Below, in pieces: positions 11,553 to 22,300 of a DNA stretch of 64,000 nt; positions within the stretch are counted from its first letter, which is position 1; every line of letters begins with the position of its first letter. This stretch comes from Candidatus Daviesbacteria bacterium. GTDB lineage: Bacteria; Patescibacteriota; Microgenomatia; Daviesbacterales; UBA10151. Below the pieces are notes generated by a model. The model was given only the letters and a program-made list of their open reading frames with translations, did no database searches and had not been told where the DNA came from. A program made the translations under genes and the position numbers. The stretch is taken from the NCBI GenBank assembly GCA_016184225.1, contig JACPDA010000004.1:6800-70799 (forward strand). Direction: 5' to 3'.

Positions 11553-12896
11553 CTAATCAAACAACCCCAACTGGGGAGCCTCCTCTGCTTCTTTGGCAAT
11601 CTCCTTCCCATGATCCCAAATCTTCACTATTCCATACACCCCATCATATCCCGGATCAATCACCAAATCTCCTTTTCTCACCTTTTCCACCCCTTCTGCC
11701 ACTTTATGTCCTGAAACTTTAGCAATTTCATCTGTTTTTATCTTGGTCAAAATTTTCATCTCATTCCCTAAGAAAGTTGTTAACTTTTTATACTCGTTTA
11801 GAACCTTTTGGGTTGTTGGGGCAGTTTCAAAAGCCTCAGCAATTATTTGTAAAAGCGGCACTAACATTCTATATCCAGCCCTTTCTGGAAACGCTCTACT
11901 TTTTATTAACCCTTGGACATTTTCAATTTTCAATTCTACATTCGATCGCGAAGCCATCGCTTCTACTCTTTCCATTACTCCCACGGTTAATCCCCTGCCA
12001 CAAACCGGGCACTTCTCCCCTTTTAGCTTAGTATCCTCCGGCGAATACTTCACATTACAACTGCGGTGTCCTGTGTAATGATATTTCCCCTCCTCCGGAT
12101 AAAATTCAATAGTACCTACTATTCCGTCATTGCGAGGAAGTTTACCCTGAGCTTGTCGAAGGGTGGCAATCTTGTTTGAAATAGCTTTCCATAAACCTTC
12201 GTATCTGTCTTCCAGATTACCCCCAAAAACCGTTGCCTCCCTGCCTAAATTAGGCAAAGAATGGGCATCAGAACAAGATATAATTGAGCGGTTGTCTAAC
12301 TCTTTAATCCGCCAGTTCATGGCCGGATCGCTGGACAACCCGGTTTCTATGGCATGAATATACTCTGTTAAATCTTCGAAGCAATCTTGCAAGGAGTTAT
12401 ACCCGGACTGCGAACCAAAAATGCCAAACCAGGGAGTCCAGGCATGGGCCGGCATAAAAATGACGTTTTGATCTATTTCCAAACACATCCTGAGCAATTC
12501 TTTAGAGGGAATTCCCACAATCGGCCGGCCGTCGGAGGAAAGGTTGGCTTTTTTTACCAGTAGGGCTTTTTGCAACTTCTCCACTGATTCAAACGAAGGC
12601 AGCATAATTACATTATGAATCCGGCGGACTGCGCCTTGGTGGGAATAAATCGAGGCCACTTCCACTGTTAAAACAAACTTAACTGCCGGATCTTTTTCAA
12701 AGCTTAAAAATCCCGAACCGTCATCTGTTAGCTGGCTTTTAAGCTCGGCAAACCAAAGGGGATGCAGACAGTCTCCTGTCCCCAAAACATCAATCCCTTT
12801 CAGCTTCCCCCATTCCACCAAATTAGGAACATTTAATGCTGGAGAACAGGCCCGGGAGTACCTGGAGTGAATATGCAAATCAGCTACATAGCCCAT
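11553..12896 (-). CDS. Endonuclease Q family (PHP domain) protein
   Basis: DLHIHSRYS, HAWTPW, SDAHS, GKYH, CPVCG, PGYDGVYG. Confidence 0.88.
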   Translation of the reverse strand: MGYVADLHIHSRYSRACSPALNVPNLVEWGKLKGIDVLGTGDCLHPLWFAELKSQLTDDGSGFLSFEKDPAVKFVLTVEVASIYSHQGAVRRIHNVIMLPSFESVEKLQKALLVKKANLSSDGRPIVGIPSKELLRMCLEIDQNVIFMPAHAWTPWFGIFGSQSGYNSLQDCFEDLTEYIHAIETGLSSDPAMNWRIKELDNRSIISCSDAHSLPNLGREATVFGGNLEDRYEGLWKAISNKIATLRQAQGKLPRNDGIVGTIEFYPEEGKYHYTGHRSCNVKYSPEDTKLKGEKCPVCGRGLTVGVMERVEAMASRSNVELKIENVQGLIKSRAFPERAGYRMLVPLLQIIAEAFETAPTTQKVLNEYKKLTTFLGNEMKILTKIKTDEIAKVSGHKVAEGVEKVRKGDLVIDPGYDGVYGIVKIWDHGKEIAKEAEEAPQLGLFD

Positions 12897-12968
12897 GCCC
12901 GCATTCTACCATATTAAATAACCAAGTACCTCTTGACTTATAGATTATACACCTGCTATAAATGGTTC

Positions 12969-13283
12969 ATGATTGAGCGGGTCGGAGGTGTAATCAAAAA
13001 AGCAATAGAGCCACTTGTTAGGGTTGAAACCCAAACCTATGAAACTGCTGTTGCAAATCGCCTTGGCAGAATCGAACAGACAGAGACAAGGCGAGAATCT
13101 CTTATAGAAGAAAGTGTAAAAGGACAACCGAGAACAAGTGCTTATACCGAAGTTAGCGACGCCGCACTAGATTGGCTACACGCAACAAGCAGTGGTCTTG
13201 TGGCCGAAAGAAAAGCCATCTTATTAGGTCGCTTCGTCCTCAATTTACCATCTTACACATACTCGTGGCGTAACGCTAATTAA
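12969..13283 (+). CDS. Hypothetical protein (probable start MIERV)
   Basis: ORF filling the intergenic gap; TTGACT...TATAAA promoter-like sequence upstream. Confidence 0.5.
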   Translation: MIERVGGVIKKAIEPLVRVETQTYETAVANRLGRIEQTETRRESLIEESVKGQPRTSAYTEVSDAALDWLHATSSGLVAERKAILLGRFVLNLPSYTYSWRNAN

Positions 13284-13297
13284 ACTATTAATACTAT

Positions 13298-13819
13298 CTA
13301 TTCTTTCTTCTTTGCCATCCTTCTCTTAAAAAGATTCTCTCTAAACCCGCCTTCATTAACAAATTTTTCTTCTAACCATCTTAACTTTTGATCTAATAAA
13401 CGGTTGGTTTGGTTAATTAGGCAAATCATCGCATTTGCTGCGCTTTCTGCATTTTCAATATAATCTTTATAATTTTTATAATTATTATAATCGTTATATA
13501 CAAAGCCCCTGACTCTCCTGGCTTCCATAGAATCTTTCTCCCAAAATCCTAACCCATGCTGGCGCAAAAAATCCTGATAATCATTTAGGAGCTCTTCCAA
13601 GCTACCCCTTGCCACTCCTAAAAGTTTAATCCTTCCTTCTAGGCTCTTCTGTAAATACCCCTCAGCAATATTCTGTTTTCCGGATCTGGCAGCCTGCTCC
13701 ATCTGGTCTTTGGTTCTGGATTTGTAGTCAATATATTTTTGAACAAACTCAACAGTAAAATCATAAATAATTTCAGTTTGTTTAAAGAAAGGTAAATCTT
13801 TGTAGCCGCCGCTTGCCAT
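13298..13819 (-). CDS. Four-helix-bundle protein with suffix domain (IVS/bAvd-like family)
   Basis: RTKDQMEQAARSGKQNIAEG, ARGSLEELLNDYQDFL, EGGFRE. Confidence 0.88.
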   Translation of the reverse strand: MASGGYKDLPFFKQTEIIYDFTVEFVQKYIDYKSRTKDQMEQAARSGKQNIAEGYLQKSLEGRIKLLGVARGSLEELLNDYQDFLRQHGLGFWEKDSMEARRVRGFVYNDYNNYKNYKDYIENAESAANAMICLINQTNRLLDQKLRWLEEKFVNEGGFRENLFKRRMAKKKE

Positions 13820-13870
13820 TTTGTTTTTATATAAATTTTATAATTTTTATAACTATTATAACCGTTATAT

Positions 13871-15619
13871 CTATTTCTTAAATTGAAGCTTATACATCTC
13901 AACCAACTCTTTAACAGTTGTAGCGTCTTCAGCGTGTTTATCAGAACCACGGAACTTGACCAACCTGGGAAATCTGAGGGCGTAACCGGGCTCTGAGCCC
14001 TTTTTTCCGGCAGTATGAACCGGGCTTCTTGTGATCTCATCTGCCAACACCTCAATCACTATCTTTGGTTCCACCCAAACACTCGGTGTAATGAGCGAGC
14101 TCACTCTGGCTGGTTTACTTTGCACTTTGAACTTTGCACTTTTCACTTTTATCTCCCTCCATTCTTCATCAGTTAAACCGGTGCCGATTTTAGAAACCGT
14201 CACGAATTCGTCTTTTCCCTTATCGTAAACACCCACCAACAAAGAACCAGCTCCGAACCCTGCCCGTTTCCCCCGGCCGAAGATATAGCCTAAAATTACG
14301 CAATCAATTGTGTCTTTGAGCTCTCCTGCCGAGTGTCTTTTTAGCTTGACCCAATTGAAATTTCTGGCTCCTGCCTCATATTTTGAATCAGGCCTTTTAC
14401 AAACAAGCCCTTCCAATCCCTTGGTAATTGCATCATCAAATAATTCAATAATCCGTTTTACTGACTTGGTAAACTCCCCGGGCTGCGCAAGTAAAACCGT
14501 ATCAGGGGTGATGACTTTTTTCAATTTTTCCATCCGGGCTCGGAGGGATAAGTCAATTAAGGATTTCCCATTTAAATACATAATGTCAAACACAAAAGCT
14601 TTTAAAGGTAAGCTTTTTGCCATCTCCTCAATGTTATATTTACGCCGTCTTTTAGTGGTTTCCTGGAAAGGCAAAAATTCCTCTGACTCCGGGTTAAAAG
14701 CTACTGCTTCCGAGTCCAAAATAATGCTGTCTGCTTTAACTTGTTTCAAAATCCCCTGGATAATCTCGGGAAACATGGGTGTAGTTTCCTCTAAATTCCG
14801 GGAAAACAGCCTGACTTTTTGACCTTGTTTGTGTATTTCAATCCTGAAACCATCATATTTATACTGAACATGTGCTTCGCCGCCAAATTTTTCTAAAATG
14901 GTATTGGCATCAGGCAAACGTTCTGCCAGCTGCGACCTGATGGGTCGACCCACTGTCACATCCAAGCTCCGCACTCCCTGAATTCCCTGACTCCATAATG
15001 TTTCCGCAATCACTCCTAAATCAGAAGTTTTATTGTAAGCTTCTTCCAGCTCTTTGCGCCTTTTCCGGTCCCCCAGCTTAGCCAGGGCAAAGCCGTCTAA
15101 CACCGTCGGATCCCCTATTCCCAACCTGGAAACACCCAGAGGAATCCTGACCAGATGTTTTGCCGAAACCGGATCCATCTGCTTTAGCAGACCGGAAAGA
15201 AGTTCCAATTTTTTCTCAACTGTCCCCTTCCCGGCAGTCCCGGCAATCTCTGTCAAAGTCTTAAATACATCTGTAATTGTCATTCTGGCTTGTCCAGAAT
15301 CGATTCTGGATGCGCTTTGCTTACCAGAATGACGTTGTGCCACAACCCCTAAGTCTCCTACCTGTCCATATTCTCTCAACACCTCTTCCCGCTCTACTCC
15401 ATAAGCTCTGGCAATAGATTGAGCCACCAACTTCTCGCTCATACCGATCTCAATCGGTTCATAAAAAGGCGCCACCCGGCCCTGGATTAAATAAACCACT
15501 TTGGCAATTTCCGCAGGTTTAACTTTGGAAAAAAGCTCTGCCAAAATATCAATTAAAGAGAGTCTGGAAGAAGTCTGTTCCAATTTTTCAAAATACTCTG
15601 TAAGTTTAGAAAATTTCAT
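13871..15619 (-). CDS. ATP-dependent DNA ligase (true start MKFSKL at 15619)
   Basis: KYDGFR, EGLVCK, WVKLK, LRFPR; upstream ORF extension is a palindromic element. Confidence 0.93.
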   Translation of the reverse strand: MKFSKLTEYFEKLEQTSSRLSLIDILAELFSKVKPAEIAKVVYLIQGRVAPFYEPIEIGMSEKLVAQSIARAYGVEREEVLREYGQVGDLGVVAQRHSGKQSASRIDSGQARMTITDVFKTLTEIAGTAGKGTVEKKLELLSGLLKQMDPVSAKHLVRIPLGVSRLGIGDPTVLDGFALAKLGDRKRRKELEEAYNKTSDLGVIAETLWSQGIQGVRSLDVTVGRPIRSQLAERLPDANTILEKFGGEAHVQYKYDGFRIEIHKQGQKVRLFSRNLEETTPMFPEIIQGILKQVKADSIILDSEAVAFNPESEEFLPFQETTKRRRKYNIEEMAKSLPLKAFVFDIMYLNGKSLIDLSLRARMEKLKKVITPDTVLLAQPGEFTKSVKRIIELFDDAITKGLEGLVCKRPDSKYEAGARNFNWVKLKRHSAGELKDTIDCVILGYIFGRGKRAGFGAGSLLVGVYDKGKDEFVTVSKIGTGLTDEEWREIKVKSAKFKVQSKPARVSSLITPSVWVEPKIVIEVLADEITRSPVHTAGKKGSEPGYALRFPRLVKFRGSDKHAEDATTVKELVEMYKLQFKK

Positions 15620-15628
15620 TTTGTTTCT

Positions 15629-15724
15629 GTCATTGCGAGGATCCCGTACCGATTCTGGTGCGGGAGACGTAACAATCTTGATTGAGTTAAGATTCTGACG
15701 CTTACTTCGTTCGCTCAGAATGAC
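15629..15724. repeat. Family A palindromic element upstream of ligase
   Basis: gtcattgcgagg...aatc...gattctg...cagaatgac. Confidence 0.8.
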
Positions 15725-15772
15725 AATAGTAGGATTGTAATAGATTCCAAAGCTATTGTAAAATACGCATCT

Positions 15773-16618
15773 ATGGTTTATTCTGAAGGTTATATGCTTG
15801 AAACACACGGTGCATCCAAAGAGACTACGCAACAGGAGGATCCTCGGGTAACAGAACTAGCAGCTGAATTACACAGCAGATTGATAGCTGTTTTGCCAAA
15901 TCTGCCCGATGATAACAAAACCTCAGCTGATCTACTCAATTTAGCACACCAATTGGCAAAGGAACAAGTAGCTTTAAAGGAGGAAAATACAAGACTACAA
16001 CAACTGATTGATAGAGATCCTTACAATGATGAAATATATTCTGCTATTGGATGGAATAGGGTTATGAAAGATAAATTGGCGAAGTTAAGAAGAGATAAAC
16101 AAGGCGCAGTACTGATAGCATTCGATCTCGACCATTTTGGGGACTACAATGATATACAGAAGAGCCATATTGAAGGTGATATGGCTCTGGGATTAGCTGG
16201 GCAACTTGCCAAAAGCGTATTAAGGCCAACAGATTTGATAGCTAGACTACATGGAGATGAATTTGAAGTATTGGTAGATACGGATCTCGAAACCGCAATT
16301 CTTATAGCTGAAAGAATGAGGAAAGCTATATCCGGAATGTCTGTTTTACTAAAAACATCCATACCGCTTAGTGCAAGTTTTGGAATCGTAAGATTAGATA
16401 GAAGCATTATAGAAACGCAATATAGATCAGACGAAGAGCGTTCGAATGCCTTGGATCAAGCATATAAATTAGCAGACCATGTTCAATATGTAGGGGCAAA
16501 GGAGGTAGGTAGAAACAGTATTGGCGTTATGTTAGATAGTGGTAAAATTCAAACAGCAATCGTAAATGTAATAGGAGTCGCCGATCCACACCCGACAATT
16601 AGTTACAGGGAGCCTTAA
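15773..16618 (+). CDS. GGDEF-domain protein (HGDEF variant)
   Basis: FDLDHFGDYND, ARLHGDEF, SASFG. Confidence 0.8.
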   Translation: MVYSEGYMLETHGASKETTQQEDPRVTELAAELHSRLIAVLPNLPDDNKTSADLLNLAHQLAKEQVALKEENTRLQQLIDRDPYNDEIYSAIGWNRVMKDKLAKLRRDKQGAVLIAFDLDHFGDYNDIQKSHIEGDMALGLAGQLAKSVLRPTDLIARLHGDEFEVLVDTDLETAILIAERMRKAISGMSVLLKTSIPLSASFGIVRLDRSIIETQYRSDEERSNALDQAYKLADHVQYVGAKEVGRNSIGVMLDSGKIQTAIVNVIGVADPHPTISYREP

Positions 16619-16624
16619 AAGCTA

Positions 16625-17701
16625 CTATTTTAATACATAAACCGCTTTTTTGGTGCCGCCGGATTTTTTCACCAGGCCTTTTTGGCGGAGGAATTTAAGT
16701 TCCCGTAAAACCGTATCATCAGAATGATCCGGAAAAATCTTACGGAACTCTTTATTGGATAATCCCTTGTGCCGGTGAATATATTCCATAATCAACATTT
16801 GCCGCTCGTTTAACTGGAGCTGCTGTCCCAGCTTATCTTTGATCCTGGCATCAACTGAAATTCTTTGCACTTTTTCTTTAACGCGATTTAGTTCAATTGC
16901 CACTCCCTCGACGAAATACTCCAGCCACGGTGTTAGATCACGCTCATGAGTATCCAGAACGAGCTGGTTTGATACAGCTTGCAAGGTTAAGTAATACTTC
17001 ATGGGATCCTCATCAAAATATTCTTCAAAAGAGAAAAACTTTCTGATGTCATAGCCATCCAGGAATAAAATTAAAGTGGCCACGGCCCTGGCTACCCTAC
17101 CATTACCGTCTACAAAAGGGTGGATTCTCGCCAGTTCATAGTGGATAATCCCGGCTTTGATAATCGGATGAAGCTCTTTTCCTTCATCAGAGTTAATCCA
17201 AGTTACAAGATCTTCCACCAAATACGGTACTTCCACTGCCGGTGGAGGGGTATAGGAAACCTGTCCGGTTTTGGTATTTTTGATCACCACCTGCCTAATC
17301 CGAAATTGCCCCGAGGTTTCGGGGGACAAAATCTTCTCCGTAGTCAACTTGTGCATCTCCAGAATGGTTTCCAAGGTAAAACTGTAACTGCCGGAGGAGC
17401 CAATTTGGACAAAAATACCTTCAATAAACTTTAAGACATTACGGTAATTGATAATCTCCTGGACATCCCGATCCCGGGCAATTACTTCCTGGCCTTCCAG
17501 AACATCTCTTACCTCTTCCGGAGACAAAGGATTACCTTCCAAATGAGTGCCATGGTGAATTGTCCGCTCAATCGCTTCTTTGCGAAACTTTGCTTCCCAA
17601 GCCGGCACCAAAGGAGCATTCATAATCACTTCTCTGGCCGCTTCCACAATCCCAATATCTTTGAGGATCTTGTTTGTAATTGAGTGTTTCGGAATGAACA
17701 T
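16625..17701 (-). CDS. Fic family protein with C-terminal HTH
   Basis: HPFVDGNGRVAR. Confidence 0.95.
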   Translation of the reverse strand: MFIPKHSITNKILKDIGIVEAAREVIMNAPLVPAWEAKFRKEAIERTIHHGTHLEGNPLSPEEVRDVLEGQEVIARDRDVQEIINYRNVLKFIEGIFVQIGSSGSYSFTLETILEMHKLTTEKILSPETSGQFRIRQVVIKNTKTGQVSYTPPPAVEVPYLVEDLVTWINSDEGKELHPIIKAGIIHYELARIHPFVDGNGRVARAVATLILFLDGYDIRKFFSFEEYFDEDPMKYYLTLQAVSNQLVLDTHERDLTPWLEYFVEGVAIELNRVKEKVQRISVDARIKDKLGQQLQLNERQMLIMEYIHRHKGLSNKEFRKIFPDHSDDTVLRELKFLRQKGLVKKSGGTKKAVYVLK

Positions 17702-17706
17702 TTTCG

Positions 17707-17814
17707 CTAGGGTTTAGGGGTTAGCGACTAGGGTATAGTAGAAAAAAATTTTGCTTTTTGACTATACCCTATACCCTATACCCTATACCCTATACCCTAT
17801 ACCCTATACCCTAT
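17707..17814. repeat. Inverted heptamer array; right arm (CTATACC)x7
   Basis: Perfect tandem repeat 17762..17814; degenerate TAGGGTW left arm. Confidence 0.92.
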
Positions 17815-17879
17815 CTTCCCACATTTCCCGCAAAAAATCTAATTTGAATCTTGATGTACCAATTGCTTGTACGATCGCA

Positions 17880-18383
17880 TCACGAAATGGTATGACTAGT
17901 CAAACGATTGACTTCCATTACTATCACCCACTTTTCTATCCCCAGATCCTTAATATATGATTCCAGTTTATCAAAAACATTTCTTCTGCTAATCCAGACG
18001 GATTTTTGCAGATGTTTAAAACCCCATTTTTTTAAATTCCTTCTAAAAAGATTTCTGATAATCCGCTTCTCCTCCGGTATATCAAAAATTACTATCCTCC
18101 ATTTCCCATCCCAATTTTTCTCTTCAAACGGATCACTAATTAAATCCCTTCCTGCTTCTGTTAATTTTATAATGACATCATTTTTAAGCTTGACTTGCTC
18201 AATTAAACCACCTTCTCGGAGTCTTCTTAATGCTTGGGATAGTGCAGATTTTTTAAGTTCAGGAATGTCGTAGTGATAGCGGTAATGGTGATAAGTAAAA
18301 TCCTCAAATCTGACATAGCCATCGACTGCTTTTTCCAAAATATGCAAAATCGCATTAGCCAAACTTTTTTTGTAAACCCCCAT
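17880..18383 (-). CDS. PaaX-like regulator (wHTH plus Cas2-like domain), not CRISPR-associated
   Basis: WDGKWRIVIFDIPE, LQKSVW. Confidence 0.85.
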   Translation of the reverse strand: MGVYKKSLANAILHILEKAVDGYVRFEDFTYHHYRYHYDIPELKKSALSQALRRLREGGLIEQVKLKNDVIIKLTEAGRDLISDPFEEKNWDGKWRIVIFDIPEEKRIIRNLFRRNLKKWGFKHLQKSVWISRRNVFDKLESYIKDLGIEKWVIVMEVNRLTSHTIS

Positions 18384-18390
18384 ATCAATT

Positions 18391-18419
18391 TATTGTACGA
18401 TCGCACACTAAATTGTCAA
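18391..18419 (-). promoter_or_regulatory. Sigma70-like promoter with a CGATCG motif in the spacer
   Basis: TTGACA-16 nt-TACAAT upstream of the PaaX-like start. Confidence 0.6.
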
Positions 18420-18480
18420 TATGCAATTGATTTCGTGGCTGGAATTTTCAGTTGTAATACATGATGGTATACTGGATTGA

Positions 18481-19341
18481 ATGAAACAAAAAGGTTTACC
18501 CGTCCGCCAGACGGGCTTAGTTCCAGTTGTAATTGTTATTTTGATAACTCTGACTTTAGGCGTATACTTATTATATAGCAAACAAACTAAACTTTCCAAC
18601 GCACTCTTACCTACTCCAACTTCCAGTTTTGAATCATCTACTGCTGCCGAAACTGATGATAAGAAAGAATTTTCAAAACGACAAATTAATCTAAATGCAA
18701 AGTTTTTCGCCGATATTGATTATCCGAGCACAATAACAAGTATTCCTGAAACAGATCTGGTTGGTTTAAGCTGTACAAGTTACTATGTATTCACCAGATA
18801 TTCGGGTTCAAAGAAATACTATGAAGTGTTACATTATGATAAAATTGGAAAAGAAAATTTTTCTATTGATCAAAATAAAAACCACTCTACAATATACTCT
18901 TCGCTTCTTCAAGTATTGAATAGGGAATCTTTAACTCAGATTACAATATGTGATACTGAAGATAATAGAACATTTGTAGAATACGGCATTCCATCCAAAA
19001 ATACCTCCTCAAATGTATTCCCTATCAAAACAGCCTATGCCGGCGGCGGCGGAAGTGATGTCTACTTCGGGGAATTTAACTTTGCTAACAAGTCATTCAA
19101 ACAGATTGTCTATATTCCTTATGAAAAATCCGCCTATTGGGGATGCACACAACCTTTACAGATGACAAAATCAAATATTTTCTACTTACTGTGTGCCGGG
19201 GGCGAAGGAGGAGGATTTATAGGTAATTATCGTGCCTCTATTTACGCTATCAATGTTTCCAGCAACACCTACAAGCGGATCATATTATGTACATACGTTG
19301 AAGGCTCAAAACCAGACGAAGCTATACCTTCTTGCCAATAG
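18481..19341 (+). CDS. Membrane-anchored or secreted hypothetical protein
   Basis: N-terminal hydrophobic helix, PTPTS linker, several Cys. Confidence 0.7.
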   Translation: MKQKGLPVRQTGLVPVVIVILITLTLGVYLLYSKQTKLSNALLPTPTSSFESSTAAETDDKKEFSKRQINLNAKFFADIDYPSTITSIPETDLVGLSCTSYYVFTRYSGSKKYYEVLHYDKIGKENFSIDQNKNHSTIYSSLLQVLNRESLTQITICDTEDNRTFVEYGIPSKNTSSNVFPIKTAYAGGGGSDVYFGEFNFANKSFKQIVYIPYEKSAYWGCTQPLQMTKSNIFYLLCAGGEGGGFIGNYRASIYAINVSSNTYKRIILCTYVEGSKPDEAIPSCQ

Positions 19342-19364
19342 CATTTATGTAGAATATTAACTAG

Positions 19365-22300
19365 TTATTGGGAAACATATTCATCCCAACTCTTGATTTT
19401 TAAATCCTCCATTTTCTTATTAGTTAATGCTGAAATTAAAAGTTCTGCTGCCTGTAAATTAGTTATCAGGGGTATTCCTAAATCAACACAAGTCCTCCTG
19501 ATAATAAACCCATCGGTTTCACCTTTTTTCGAACGGGGTTTGGAAATGTTTATCACTAAATCAATACCGTCTTGTTTTAACAGGTCCAAAACTGACGGGT
19601 GCTTTCTTTCCGAAATTTTAGAGACTCTGGTACTTTGAATATCATTCTTACTTAAAAACTCATGGGTCTGCGGTGTCGCATATATCTTAAAACCTAAGTA
19701 GAATAAATCCCTTGCAGACGAGAGCAAATCCAGTTTATTTTCTTCTCCGCCAATAGTTAATAAAACTGATTTTTGGGGCATCTTAAAACCGGTGGCCAGT
19801 ATGGCTTTAAGATAAGCTTCCTGCAGGTCATCACCAAAACAGGCCACCTCCCCAGTTGAAGACATCTCCACCCGAAGCCTTGGATCAGCTCCCTTAATCC
19901 GGCTAAAGGAAAACTGAGGAGCTTTTACCCCGACATAATCTAAGTCTAAGGTATTAAAGTCTCCCGATATCTTCTCCCCCAGCATCACCTGAGTTGACAT
20001 TTCCACAAAGTTATAGCCGGTTACTTTAGAAACAAACGGGAAAGAGCGGGAAGCGCGCAGGTTTAATTCAATCACCAAAACCTGATTATCTTTGGCTAAA
20101 AACTGGATATTAAAAGGACCGTTTATATTCAATGCCTGGAGAATCTTTCTGGTAGCATCCTTAACTTTTCTCACAGTTTCCAAATACAACCGCTGCGGCG
20201 GCAAAACTATGGTGGCATCCCCGGAGTGCACCCCGGCATTTTCCACATGCTCGGAGATGGCGTAAATTAGAAGCTGGCCATCCTGTCCCACCCCATCCAC
20301 CTCAATCTCTTTGGCTCCTTCCACAAATTTAGAGACAACCACCGGATGCTCTGCCGATATATCGGCTGCGCTTTTTAGCGCTCTTTTCAAATCAGTGCCG
20401 GAATATGCCACGTTCATGGCAGAACCTGATAAAACATACGAGGGCCTGATCAAAACTGGATAGCCTATTTTTCTGGCAAACTTAAGTGCCTCATCAGCAG
20501 TTTTCAAGCTCTGCCAATCCGGCTGCAGAATTCCCAGTTGATCCAGCAGTTTAGAAAACTTATCCCTATCCTCTGCCCGGTCAATGCTTTCCGGGGAAGT
20601 CCCCAGTATTTTATAACCGGCCCGGAAACAGTCCATTGCCAAATTATTGGGAACTTGCCCGCCAAAACCTAAGACAAGTGCTGAGTGCTTAGTGTTTAGT
20701 GTTGAGTTTTTCCAACTTTGCACTTTGAACTTTGCACTTTGCACTTCTATTTCATAGATATCACTCACCCGCTCAAAGGTCAGTTGCTCAAAGTACAACT
20801 TATCTGCCGAGTCGAAGTCAGTAGAAACAGTTTCCGGATTACAATTTATGATAATTGTTTCCAAGCCCCTACTTCTAAGTGTTTGCGCAGCTGTCACCGA
20901 GCACCAGTCAAACTCCACTGAGGAACCAATCCGATAAGGCCCGGAACCCAAGACGATTGCCTTTTGCTTCTTTTTGTCATCCTGGCTTGTCCAGGATCCT
21001 TGCTTTTTTGATTCTGGACGCACTTCGTTTGCCAGAATGACATTCTCTTTCTCCGTTTCATCTCCATGATATGTCAAATATAAATAATTCGTCTTGGCCG
21101 GATATTCTGCTGCCAGGGTATCAATATGTTTGACCTTCGGCACTATGCCATTCTTTTTCCTAAACTCCCTTACTTCTTCCTCCGTTTTTTTAAGCCCTTT
21201 AGCCAATATCTTATCTGAAAACCCCAACTTCTTAGCTTCTCTAACAATTTCTGACTGCAACCTGTTGCCTGTAACCTGTAACCTACCTTCAAACTTCACT
21301 ATTTCCTGAATCTGATACAAAAACCAAGGATCAATGCCGGTTGCCTTATAGACAGCCTCTACAGATTCGCCCTTGCCGAATCTTTTGGCAATCACAAATA
21401 GCCGCTCTGTTGTAGGTAAAAGTTTCGTGTCGTCAATACTGTTTTGCAGTAACCCATCTTGACCTGTTTCCAGCATCCTGATGGCTTTTTGCAGCACTTC
21501 CGGAAAACTTCGTCCGACAGCCATCACCTCTCCCACGCTTTTCATCTCCGAACCAATCGCCTCTTTTGCCCCCACAAATTTTTGCAAATCCCAGCGCGGG
21601 ATCTTAACCACTATATAGTCTAACGCCGGCTCAAAAAATGCCGAAGTTGACAGAGTCACGCTATTTTTTAACTCCGGCAGGTTATAACCTAAGGCAAGTT
21701 TGGCGGCAATGTAGGCCAAGGGGTACCCGGTAGCTTTTGAGGCCAAAGCAGAAGACCGGGACAACCTGGCATTTACTTCAATCACCCGGTAGTCATTATT
21801 TTTAGGATTTAAGGCAAACTGGATATTACATTCACCGACAATCCCTAAATGTTCAATCACCGCAAGAGAGATTCTGCGTAAAAAATGATACTGGTAATTA
21901 TTAAGAGTTTGGGAAGGAGCCACTACAATACTCTCTCCGGTATGGATGCCTAAAGGATCCATATTTTCCATATTACAAACAGTAATTTTGTTGCCTAAAT
22001 TGTCCCGGACTACTTCATACTCAACCTCTTTCCAGTGCTTTAAATACTCTTCTACAGCTATCTGGGGGGCCTGCTTCAAAGCTAAAGTCACCATCTGGAT
22101 AAGCTCTTTTTCATTTTCTATAACTCCGGACCCCAATCCTCCCAAGGAAAAACCGCTTCTTATGAGTAAAGGGTATCCTAACGTTTCTGCAATTTTTAGG
22201 GCCTGATCTAGTGAGCGGGCAAACCCGCCTTTGGGAACCTTAACACCTATCTTGGCCAGCTCCTTAGCAAACAGTTCCCTGTCTTCTGTAATCCGAATAC

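Noticed and set aside
13298-13869. Diversity-generating retroelement
   Set aside because: Avd-like fold only; no reverse transcriptase or TR/VR pair with A-specific mismatches in the window
15620-15832. N-terminal extension of the ligase in the ORF track
   Set aside because: Read-through of a palindromic element; overlaps the divergent GGDEF gene
17751-17960. ORF with YTLYPIP repeats
   Set aside because: Translation of the heptamer array
17707-18415. CRISPR locus (Cas2-like gene beside a repeat)
   Set aside because: Repeat is a spacerless heptamer; no cas1 or effector gene; the protein is PaaX-like
20976-21041. Inteins or introns as explanation for the protein inserts
   Set aside because: Too short, no splicing motifs, and the same sequences occur intergenically
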